NCBI GenBank assembly: GCA_002633005.1
Contig: NMRA01000784.1
Coordinates: forward strand, 1-64,000
Source of the DNA: Phoronis australis
Lineage: Eukaryota > Animalia > Phoronida
Direction: 5' to 3'
DNA: 64,000 nt
Positions 36,291 to 49,000 of the stretch are shown here, in pieces (within the stretch, counting starts at the first letter, position 1; each line of letters starts with the position of its first letter). The notes under the pieces were generated by a model, which was not told the DNA's origin, made no database searches, and was given only the letters and a program-made list of their open reading frames with translations. The position numbers and the translations under genes are program-made.

Positions 36291-37058
36291 CTCTACGTCT
36301 TTGTGCTGTAATGCCGACTGTCCTGGTAAACTGCAAATCTGCAACGACCCGCTTCTGTCGTTCCACCCCCGGGCCTGAGGCCGCCTTGTTTGCTAACCGG
36401 GCTGCTACCCTGTAACCCTGTTACTTTCATCATCTTAACCCGTACCGTGGCATATGTCAAACAAAAATTGATCATGCAATTGTACCCTTGTTTTGCTACC
36501 GATGAACCTTTCTTTTGTTAAAATTTACCGAAAGTTATGTCCCAGTTAACAGCAAATTGATATAAAGTCAAAAATCAAATTCTACTTTAAGACAATAATA
36601 CTTTTGCGGGCTTGTGAATATTTGTTCAAATGGTCCTCCATAACATTTATCTTGCTCTCAAAGTGCCACTGACGGCCGAACGTTAAAGACGCAATAGTTG
36701 GGTTTCATGACGAGGACTCAGGTAACAAGATCAACTGAGGACTGGAGCTGATTTGCATAAGTTTTGACAAGGTCTCGTGTCACCCCTGCATAACCGCGAG
36801 AGAGGGAGGCAAGGTACCTCGCCAATACGGCACTTCACAACTCCGATCATTTTTAATATTAACTTTACATTTAGTATTAATTCTATTATTTTATTATCAC
36901 AGAGATTTTCGAGTACTTTCAAGTGAATTGAAATTAAAAAGTAACGAGATAACAGGAAATACAAAGTAATAACAATTAAAATATTAAAAATAGAAATTGA
37001 CGACAAAGTCGAATGCCCACGTGTAAACACAATATTATGTTGTACACTTTGAAAATGT

Positions 37059-40000
37059 CTAATCGCCGTCTGTGTCGCTAGTATCTGTGTCGGTTTCACT
37101 CTCCACCTTCCCTCGCCAGTTGATGTGACTTCCCGCCTTGTGTTTTTGCCAGACGATAAACTTGATGGGATCGAAGTACATGTTAATGAGCTCACAACCT
37201 GAAGAAAATATACAAGAGTCATTGAGTATCTTCGATCACCATACACTGAAAATATGATGGTATATTGGCGGAGTTGAGGAAGCATAGTTGTGAACCTTCT
37301 ATTTAGACTCTAATTTTATCATTTTAAGTACCCTAGAAACCCAGTGCCTTTAACAATGGGTACATTTGTACACGGCGCAATATTCCAGCCGCCACGTTGA
37401 CCTCTTCCCAGTAGTAATAAACAATTAATTAGAGGTCGCCACTAAAGAAAAATAATAGTGTGCTTTAATTGAATAAAACATGCAGACGAAGATCCTGTCA
37501 AGTTACTTTTCATCAATTTACCACAGCTGTCCTCATGACTTTCCAAGAAACTTACCCTTGGTATCTGCAAAAAAAACAATAGTTATTACAGAGCTGCGAA
37601 ACGGTATTACAAATATAAGATATTCTCGATTCCTACTGTACGAGGAAAGCTTGCATAAAGATTTCAAGAAGTCTATAGCATCGGTGGATATATGAAACTT
37701 CATAAGGAATAGCTCTCTCGTATCAAACCTTAGGTTGACATGTGATCATAAAACCTGCAAAGGTTGGATGTACTTTTGGTTACGACTATATGCAACGCTA
37801 TATTCCACTGAATTATCGAGAGACAAACTAAGCATTTTAACCAAATTAGTTGTCTGAACACGAGAATTTTCATTTTGTGAAATTCTGTAGGTACATGTTC
37901 ATGTCGACGTGCGCTTTGCACATGTAGGATAGAACAGACCGACTCTGCTTTTCTTTGCTGTCACTGAAGAAGTACCTGTCAGACTCCAATGGGAAGACGC
38001 CGTAACTTGGGCAACGTTTGGTTGAAGAGTCTTACGTATGGTTCCGAGTAACTGCCAAAGCAAATACATAAGTGTAGGACTACAGTTACTTTTAAAAGGC
38101 AGTAGTGTCCATCAACTGTAAGTTAGCAGTGAGGCTTTACTGTATCGACATCAGTTAAAATTTCAATACAAATAAAAAAGAATACACGGGCTTAATAATA
38201 CCCTCATGATTGAGAAATATATAAAACTTATTGAAAAAATACTATTGTAAAACATTCATTTAAATTCTGATTTAATTCGACAATTACAAGCACAACAATT
38301 GACTTTTTCGCTGAAACTAATCAGCACTACATGTATATGCATGTACCTCAACCTTTGCTTTGCCGCACTAGTGTGAACTTAAACCACTGCTCATATTCAA
38401 AATACATGTCCGCCTTACCTTTCTACCTTGATGATTGCCCGCTAGAGGGCAGTCCAAAAACTGAATGGCTGACTTCGTTGGTTCCATTTTGCTAATCAAT
38501 GCACCGACGTTAGCGAAAAACCTGTTGGAATGAAAAAGGCCAATTCTCACATTAATGAATGTTTCGGTTATACATGTAGATCGTACGGTGCTATACTGCA
38601 CGTATAGGCCTGAGTAAACGTAAACGACTTCTCCAAACTGATTGACATGACGTATTATGTTTGTTGCAGTCTAAAAATAGGCGTTGCTGATGTCCACCCG
38701 GTCATAAGTCATAACGGTAGTCTAAAATTCAAACAACTTAGAAAACCGATTTTGATCAAAATAGAGTAAACTTTAGGTTGATCTAGTCGTATTGAGAATT
38801 ATACAAATGTACACTCAATTAACCAAACATTTCCATAGCTCAATGTCATAACGACAAAACAACAAATTATGAACATTCACAATAGAAACAGTATTTATGA
38901 ATATGTAAATCTTACAAATCTTTTAGTTAACCGGCGTGGAAATTTAGATCGCTAACATTTTTGAGTCTCTTCTACACGCCGTCTATTGGCCACATCACGT
39001 GACCTAATGAACAGAAGTCGGGGCAGAAATCTCTTTAGACTCCCATGCATTACAGTGGCGGATTTAGAGGGGGTCAATGGGGCCATGCCCCGCCCTAAAA
39101 TTCTCCCAGATTCCATTTGGCAGTTCGTGCATGCGCACGTCTGACGGTCAAAATCCTGGATAATATTCTGCCCTCTGCCCCCCAACTCAAAATCCGGGAT
39201 CCGGTCCTGCATTAGGCCACGTGATGCGGCTATTAGGTGGCGGCAGACCAGACTTCAACATGTTGGCCGTGAACATCATTATTACCTCAGAATATCTTGA
39301 TTTTCCGGTCTCTGAAGTTTTTTCCAGGAGACCATTCTGTTTTTTAAAATGTAGAAGAAGTTGTCGCTTCCCTGGGATAGACAATTTTACATGAGTGTAA
39401 ATAATATCAGGAAGACAGTTAATACGTACATGCAACGAGTTCTACAGAGGAAAGTGTTCACCCATCTTAAAATGATGCCCAAAACTAAAGCCCTAGAGAA
39501 TTTAAGTTTTGGCCAACCTCCTCGTACTCTGAAGGGTATCTTGGGTCGCTGTTAGTAACCGTGACGGAAATAGAACCCCATCGACCATAAATAATTACAA
39601 GATCGCAAACGGCCTCATTTGATTTTCGTCTTTTTACCAGCTGAACAGAGCAAAATATCGCCTGTGTTTGAGTGTTTAAAATGTTTTCTTGCACTCCAAA
39701 AGCTAAAATTTCTGGATAGTAGAGCACTTCAAGAAAATTAATTCTTTTGAGGAAGGTTTTATTATTTTAAACTTGATCAGTACTCAAAGTGATTGCGCGC
39801 TGCCGAATAAGTGTAACTGATTACAATTCAATGGCGCGTGTCTCACTTTCGGTTTGATTTTACCCTTGCCTGAATAACTGGTTAGATTTCTCAAACATCG
39901 AGTTTAAACTTTTCTACTTTCCCAGCTTTGTAAACGTACGTTGCGTGGCGAAGCTCAGTACACTTGTAAGTGTCAGGGCCTATCTCCGACAAATCAAAAA

Positions 40001-43000
40001 ATCTCAAAGTCGTTTTATCCTAGAAAGTGCAACTATACCATCCAAGGTCAACTCAGTGCACGTTAAAGTTCATACCGTCACGAAGAGTAGTATAGAACGA
40101 GCTTTGCATCCGGGTCTGTATTCTTCAAGCTCTGACTTTATCAGGTCTGAAATTGTTAGCACACTCATACATCTTTAGTTTATTTGCGGTGACAAATCGT
40201 GACTATTTTAAAATGACATCTTTTTTAAAGCCGGTAAACACTTTAAAAGTATATAAATCGCCACGTAGCACGACAACAGGTCACATCACGTGATTCACAG
40301 GTAAGTCTAAAAAGACCTCTGCCCCAACTGGGTTTCGAACCTAGCAGTGGTTTCAATGGCTCTGATCAGTGGCCACGTCTGCACTGTTAGCAGAAAGTCT
40401 CGGGTTCGAACACCCGTAGGGGCAGAAATCTTTTTCAGACATAACTAGCCTATAGGTCACGTGATGTGACCAAGATATGGCGTTTATGAAGACCGGCTAA
40501 TAATACACACTCTAAGAATATTGGCCTCCAGTTTGATACAGGGAAGTTTGGTGAGTTTTAAAGTCTACAGTGAAACAACGGTGGAACGATCCTTCTGTCG
40601 TCTTACAATCTCCGACACGATATAATTTCATTCATTTCGAACTGCCTTACGGACGTCGAGTGCCAAAATAACTATCTTTTGAGCGCAAACGTTTGGCTTT
40701 GAGTTTGGACATTAACGAATCATCCGAACTTGGTTTAAATTTACTTTGGACCAGTAGGTCACGTGATGATCTCAGTGAGCATTTGGTTAACACAAAAAGG
40801 GATAGTTTTCAAGCGTTGCATTCATCCGTCAAAAATAACAAGCGACAGCAGTCTGTTACACTGGTACAGACAAACTAAGCTTTGTTTCTAGCTATGTGTA
40901 CACTATTTTATGTATAAATATTATGTAGTGCTGTGTATTAAGAAAAAGGGCGAATGCAACTACCAACATACATGTAACTACGACCGTGACGATGCAATGC
41001 AATGCAGTATACGAAATCCACATTTCCTGTTTAACGCGATCTAATCGCAACCGAACCGACGTAAACTACATAAGGACTAATTTTGGAGCAGATCTTGGAA
41101 CTCGGGAACCTTTGGCTGTTTTCGCTTCATCTGTGTTCATGTAACTATTTTGAGTTATCAGTTTCCGTAGTGTTTGCATTTTCTTACCTTCTACTTCATC
41201 TAACGTGGTGTTTTCAAAGTCCTGTGTAATGAAAAGAGAGATGTATAACATCAAGCAAAACTTAAACGAGATGAGAAATAAATATAGAGGTCGCTTTAAT
41301 CACACAAGTGCGTTCTGCCGCAAGGTTCATTGTAGTGCAGTCTCTGTCCGTAACGTTTGACGTTAAGTTATCTCCGCTGTGAGAATCCAAATTTACATTA
41401 CGGCGTTTTCCCGTTGCTCCCAACTTGTTGGATTCCATATAGCCCAACGACAAGTTGGGAAGTTTACCCCTGTAGGCAATATCTTACACGACTGATTACC
41501 TCCATTCTGGCATTTATGGTTGGAGGGCCAGCTCTCTTTTGGTCGATAATTGCTCTAGCCTAATCTCCAATAAGATCCTAGCTAACCTGACTGGGCTGTG
41601 CTGTTAAAAATAAAATTTAGGTTATAACATATTTGAACATAAACCAACAGCATTTCTGAAATCTTCATCAAATGGTGATCATGTTTAGTTTTTGAATCGC
41701 CAAAATTGCCCAACTGCAACCGAAGTTACGACAATCTATTTTTTCCGAATACACCAATTCACTCTGAGTTAGATTGTGTTCATACGTGGCCTGTAATAAG
41801 CCTGGTAGATAATTTGGCCAGCTTGTTGTCATAACAGGCAAAAGAGTGTGCTTGGCAGTTAATAAAGAAGTTAGATGTTATCACACGCTCAGAACCCCCA
41901 ACGTTTGGTAATGTCACTGAACGGGAAAACGCTGTAATGCGAGCAACTGACATTTGCAGCTGAAAGTATAACAATCTTTTTTGAACTGGGACTAGGGGCG
42001 GGTGTGCGGACCATTGATTGAGAGCACGGTTATATTGTACATGTACAGACGGTGATCAAGTCAGCTTCAGGCACGATTAGGTTGAGAAAGAATGAACTAC
42101 TCTGATACGTTTCCGGTATCAATAGTATCAGTGTTGATATCAAGAAAGATTCCATTTATACTACTTTAGTCGATATAAGTAATATCGATATGAGAAGAAT
42201 AAAGTGTAATGTTATCACGTAGTTTTACTGTCAGTTTTCGGTTTTGATATTTTAGCACTATAAATATTAGCATCAAAATCGAATGAACTGTAAGAAAGTA
42301 ATATCCACGTGCTTCTTTGAAAATGCAGCACTGAAATGGCTACATCAGTAATATTATTTAGTTCAAGGATTTCACAGATATAGCTATTAGAGAATCATTC
42401 CAACAAAGAAAGAGTAAGCTTACGTAATAGACTGGAAGTATTTTGTCATCTTTCAACAACACGTGGTTCCCGAGTTGCTCAAAGTTTCGGACAGCAGACG
42501 ATATTAACTGAAAATCAAAGGGAACATAAAAATCATCGATTCTGAAATCCATTGGGGTGCTAAATTTCGGTAAGGCCTGAGTTGGGTTCAAGTGTTTCAA
42601 ACCAGTCACANTTTGGAACCCGTATCCGGACGCGGCCTAGCCGCGTTCGATAGGACGTTGGATTCGATCAGCACTGTACATACATGTATGTACATGTATG
42701 TACACACGGGGATGTGTCAGGTTTGTCGGTGCTGTTTTGAGACATGTGTTGAAAACAATAGACGGGAAACTGATTTCCTGGTTCTTTTAATTGAGAAAAG
42801 CCAAGTGTTTAGCCCTGACCTACTTCTGCTGCAAAGTGGTGGCTGTCGTTCGCTTCAACCCCTGTCGCCTGCTGTCTCTCGCTGGCTCCCTGCGTGCCGC
42901 TAGGTGTCAGTAGCCAGCAGGCACATAGGGAACCAGCAAGCTGCTGTCTAAGAAACCGGGTGTGATTTCAGGTTGCTGTCAAAATAGGGCTTCGTGATGA

Positions 43001-46000
43001 CCACGCTTTCAGAATCTAGAGAGAACGAGCATTCGAAATCTGGTGGTCAGACTTTTTCTAGCACTTGCATGGAAATGGTAATTTTGGGGAGAAAATTGTC
43101 AAATTTTGGGTTTTCGGTCCTATTTTTGTGTCCCGGGAATTTTTTCCATGTGAATTAACCGATTAAAAATGTTAGCGTTATTAAGTTTCAATTATCATGA
43201 GTAGCCTAGTGCTTGTGAGTTGGGAATGCTACTTTTGATTTTCTCAGACTCTTGATATAAAAAGACGTCAGGCAAGGACTCATCTCCACATCGGTGTGCG
43301 TCGGCAGACCAAAACGCTATAACACATGTAAGTGAAGCGTGTCTCCCATTTTGTGGATACAAAACGGAATAGTCATGGTAAGATATCTTTCTTAATATAC
43401 ATCAAAGACTTAATCCTTGACAGTCACCAAGTTCGTGCCTCCATCCCTACGGTCAGCTTCACCCCACGTAATGAGACCTCATCATTCATGTTTTCTAAAT
43501 GAACAGGGGGCCGTGGTCCTTATTTGTCTCCCCATATGATTACTCCAAAGGCTTTACCTCATGTATAGTACACTACGGCCAGATCTCCTCTTGTTGGTTC
43601 ACAACACTACACATACCGGTCTTTGACTAAATACAGTGTACACTCATGCATTCGTTATTGCAGTCCAGTCGGGAATTTGGCAATGTTATCTGTACATGTC
43701 CAACGCGACTTATACCGCCAACAGTTTCAACACCTCAAGTATTTAAGTATTTAGTACATTCGCCTCTTTTCCCATCTCCGCCATTGCTGACGTCACTTAC
43801 CACGACTCTTGGAGGTGAGACGTTGTGACCTGTCAGTCCTATTTCTAGATGCTTTTCCGACTCCCACGCCGTTTTGATTATGTCGTCCTGGATACAGTGA
43901 AATGGTTCGGGCGGTCTGTCTAAGTAAACCGAAATGTTCCGTGAGATTACGATTGCTCAAAAATATAGGCCAAATATTGGATTTGACCCAGACTGAGAAA
44001 ATGAAAGCAGAAATATTATGATTAGGTTAAGTTGAATTTACTTGATTTTGTTAGCAATGTTTATACTTAGACTATCCATACATGTACGTTGTCATCTTAT
44101 CAATTCTTCAAACCTGCGACACGTGTTATTTGACAGAGGTTGTCGGCAGTACGACTGCTGGTACATGTACAGTGTACATGTAGCTCCACTCAAATGATAA
44201 CGTGTCTACATTTTACCAGTTTACTCCACTGAATAACAGCGGCATCAAACTGGTTCTCAAATTACAGGCACCTTATATCGACTATCGTCCAAATCTTCAT
44301 TGAAACTATGTAACCTGTAAATATAGCGAATATGTTTTTAATACCGACGACTGGGAAATTTACGTCATCATTTGCAGTGAGTAATATCTTCACTAGTCGT
44401 TTTCACATTCGCCTTGGAGAGTTGAAAATTTCGGCTCTTGGGATGCTCACTTGCCTGGTTTGGGTTTGACTTTTTCTGTCCAAGGTTTCCTCCTGTTTTC
44501 GCGATTTTCTCGTCTGTCGTTCAAGATTTTCAGAAAATCTGGTCCTTCGAGGGAAGAGGTAGCAGACCGCCGCCGAATGAAGAGTCCTTTCTTTTTGGAA
44601 TGTCTAAAGAGAAGGCGATGCACAAAACTGCATTGTAAGCATCGAGCAGAGTACATGAATGGTGCGCGTAAACATTATGTACAGGTACAGAGTAGGCAAT
44701 AAAATGAATACAAATGAGACGGTCGAAACAGAGATGTTCCGAAAACGAAATGAAACAAAACGCACACTCGTTTTCCAGAAATGAATAAATACAAAACACG
44801 CTAGCTTTCTATCATATGCACGAGATCCTTGTCAGATAAGACTGATCGTAGACACACGCGAGGCATGTGCGATCGGTTAAAGACGAGAAGACACAAGGGG
44901 AGGAGAAATTAGATAGAGTGGCTACAATATGACGCATGTACGGCGTGTTGTGTGTAACCATCGATACACATATAGACGGTTAGTAACTTTTGTTCAACGC
45001 CACACGTGTGACGCAAATTTGAGATCTAGCTCCTGTCAGGGGCGGATCCAGGATTTTGAGTTAGGGGGAGCCATATGGCCCTCCTGCCTCCCCCCTCCCC
45101 CCTAAATCCGCCACTGTCTGTTGAGTTGGCTTAAGTGAAAAACGCCTTGGGACTGAGCCACCGACGACCAGAAACACAACCTACTCAAATAACAGCGCAA
45201 CAAAAAATATTGTGTTCTTGCTACGTACGACAGTTTTCTATTACTGTAGGTAGCGTTGTTAATACTAACTCAGAGGAGATGGTTGGATGAACAGGTTTGA
45301 CATCCTTTTAAATAAAGTGTCACTAGGTTTTTTCGATTACAACTTTGTAGGTCCACAGCTTTTAAAAGAAAAAGTAATCGGTAGGCCCTATAAAATTGAT
45401 GAATGGCGTCCCTTCGTGACAGTGAATTCCAAGGTAGAGCGCTAACAGTGTTGTTCGTCATAAATCTTAAAATGCGAGAGTGTAAGTCTTACGTTTTGTT
45501 GCATCCACGTGATTTGATGACGTATGTTTGATCAATCTAAATAATACAAGAAAGTTTATTACACCTCCTGAAGACACTCCTACGTGTTAAACCTACACGT
45601 CAGGTGCCAAAGGGAAAGAACTGCGCTGCCTGCAGCGTGTCATGATCTATATTTTATCCTGTGCTACATGATTTTTCGTACAATATGGAGAATCTCAATC
45701 AATTTACATTACTAAAGTCACGTGACTGAGTGGAACAATGAGATAGATTGCTGACATGACGCATCAGCGATACCACGCATGGAGCTGAACCGTGCCTGTT
45801 CCCATTCCAGCAAGAAAGGTTGTCAAGACCACTCATTGGAAATCACCAATCATATGTGATAGCCCACGAAGAAATCTTAGTTTGATTTTAGAGAGTGGTC
45901 ACCAATCCTATACGGCAGCCGTGCACTTCAATTTCATGTTATAATCGACATTAGTGTGCAAGATGAAACTGTTTCGCTGCTCTTAATTGGTGAATGTGTA

Positions 46001-49000
46001 TTTTCCATGACGCTCATCATTTACACAGCATATCTTGATAACAACAACATCGGAAGTTGTTGCGTGAGTATTAGTAAAATATGCACGAGAAAACATGGAT
46101 AACATTAATTTATTTAAAGTTCTGTCTTTTTCACTCATTCGTCGACCTATGACAATAAATAACCGATAATGGTTTGAATGAGCAGACGACTGGGCGTGGA
46201 CACCTTACATGTATCACAGCGCGCGGTGGTAAAAGTCGCGTTCCACTCCGTGATGGCAGGTTTATAAACAACATGTTGATAAATTTGCATAAAAAGACCA
46301 GTTAAAACACAGCACTTCCATAGAAAACATCTTCCAAATCCATGACGCAGATTGGATTATTTGAGTCAATACGATTGAAAAACGTGCGAAGGAGACGGCT
46401 GTGCTTTCTTTATCAAATTATCGTGATGAGACAAAATTCGAGTCATATGTCGTTCAAAACTCGTTGTCTGCTTTTTCTAGCTTTGATCGATGCAACCTGA
46501 GCCGAAAGAGAGTTATCGCGCGATTTTTTACGCGCCGCTGTCGCTTGAGTTTTTTCGCGCTTCTCAGTCAATTCTCGTCGACTATCGTTCAACTCACGTC
46601 TCGTCTCACTTATAATACTTTTTTCTCTCTGGCATTCTTCAAAATCTTGAAAAATCGGAGAAACTTTTTCCTTATTTTGTTTTCGAATCGCCCGTGGAGT
46701 CGGGGTTGCGTCAACAGAAACACTTCTTTGACTAGGAGAGGGTAATGGGAACTTTGCGGAAGTCCTTGTTGTGTTCAGACCTTCTGATCCTAGAATGTGG
46801 TTAATTCTTTCTGATTGGAACATGGTCGGTTCATCTTCGTCGTGATCGTAATCCTGTTCGTTGTCCACCTCAAATATCGGTGGTAGTATCGGAACGGAAT
46901 TCCAACTCCTGCTGTCAGATTCGGAGACGTTATCACTATTATTCACCCGGTCAGAACCAGACTTCGAAGACGCGGCATTGCCTGGTTCACTCAGCGTCAT
47001 TTGATTCTCTTGTAAGCGTTTCTTGGACTTGAGGATTTCATCGTAAAGGTCCCCGGAACTCCCATTGCGAGGAAGAGTAAACCTCTGCTTCTTGCTAGAG
47101 AAGTTCACAACTTCTTCGTCCAAAGAGGGATTTCCATGCTTTCCCATGTTTTTCTTGGCGGCCACAAGGTCTGCTTTGCCCTTCGGCTCCACCTTGTTGG
47201 GTGAGCGGAATGTTATCGTTATATTCGTCACCAGCGTACTAGCGTTGTAGCGCTGCAATATCGCGCTTATTGACGATGGGAGCCTCTGATTTCTAGTGTT
47301 TATTTTTGGCAAACCGTAACTAAGATTTCCACGTGCTTTACTCTTCATTGCAGGGATCCCCGCGTGTCTGCATCGTACTCATTACAACTATTTTTACGAA
47401 GGTTAACTGCAAAAGACGTGGTGTGAAAGAAGCAACTTCAGGCGATATTTCTTCTTAGAAGTTTCCAGAACTTCACCTTCGAGTAGTTTATCAAAGCTGT
47501 CCAACATCACGCAGGTCAGTATATCCAGTGAGAACCAAGTTTAGGTCTAATCTGGATGATAAGCGATTATTTTGTCGCTGACACTAACATTCGACCGCTG
47601 ATACTCCCGTAACCGGTGACATAGACAATTTGTACAGTGTCTTCACAGGAAATGTTCCAAACTGCCACTATCGCACCGGTTCTTGCAAAATATCTGCCTC
47701 GAACTCGGATATTTAAGACCGCATACGTGCTGCTAAGTCACTTGTGTGACGATCACAGGATAAACGCAGTGTTCCCCGGATTCAAAATCAATGCCGCTCA
47801 CCAACGCGACAATCGGTTTTTGATCTCATATAGTGCCTGTGATGCAAGACAAGATTAGATGAGAACAAAAGACAACTAAGACTGTAATTGATTCTTAATT
47901 AGGAGGGCAATGGTGCATTTCATGTATACAATATACACACAAAGTGCACCGCAAGGGTTGGATCGATGAATTATTGTCGGTGAGATGTCTGCGACAAATT
48001 TAAGCTTTCACGCACCAATTAGGAACTGCCGGTGAACACAAGCGTAACCCGAGGCTTATACCAACGCCCTGACGATCGATGATGAAGATATTTGGGTACA
48101 TTTTAAACTTATACCTTTCATGTATCAAGCTCAAAAAGCTGTCTTGAATTTTCTTCATCATCTTTAAATTTCGCAAGAAATTGGCGCTTTACTTAAAGGT
48201 TTCATTATAGTTAAAAACTTCATGCGGATTTTAACGCATCAATTCCGGGAAACATAAGCCCAACTAATGCTGATTCAACACAACTCAAAATGTTTTCAAA
48301 CTCAACTGGATTTGACGTGAGTTTCTTAGTTTACTTTTTGTTTTTGGTGATGCAATATCACCTAAAGTGGCCGCGGTAGTAAGTGACAACTGACTCATGC
48401 ATTATGGGTACTCGCTCAACTGAATAATGTAACGACGTTTCCGCGGAAACCCCAACCACTTCATAAAAACCGACAATATGTGCCGAGTTCAACGATATAC
48501 ATGTATGCCGTCGACATTGATACATATATTTGTCACAGTCGGGGACAAAAATATGTTACGAAGTGTCTCATCAACGTCCGGGTTGTAGTCTCAGTTGGCT
48601 AACCGACCACATCAATTCATGCTGACAAGTGTATTCCTTTTGATTTATTTAGCTCTCACAAGTACACGTAAGATACAAAAACTACGAGACAGATGGGAAC
48701 ACGGACTCCGCTAAGTCACAGAAGTTGAAATAATAAAAGCAAACATAATAATATAAAACCGGAAATAAAAAACAAATAAAAAACAAATACTTCCTCAAAG
48801 GAAAACTATAAATACAAATGAAAGACTGGATCAATACAAGTACATGTACATATCACAATATAGAAAATAAAAGCGAAAATCAAGAGAGACATACATGTAT
48901 ATGTTACCCTCGGTAATAGACAATAATCAATTTATTAAACAAAAAGGTAGTAGACTGTAGTTAGACGTTTAAATGTATGAAAAATTACAATAAGCGCCTT

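Noticed and set aside
36731-37285. 184-aa ORF as a gene
   Set aside because: It overlaps the terminal exon of gene C in a different frame; the rest is AT-rich UTR-like sequence.
38036-38051. 16-nt micro-exon using the internal GTAAGA donor
   Set aside because: The longer 37976-38051 exon has the same phase and supplies residues expected for the domain; the short form remains only a possible alternative donor.
40360-40425. Functional tRNA gene
   Set aside because: No convincing acceptor stem or D-arm, and it is embedded in a repeat; treated as tRNA-derived.
40651-40775. Short open frame with GTAAGG donor inside gene C
   Set aside because: No good acceptor, incompatible phase, and the flanking exons join cleanly without it.
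43248-43327. Plus-strand exon-like segment with good splice signals
   Set aside because: Stops in all three frames and no partner exons identified; could only be non-coding.
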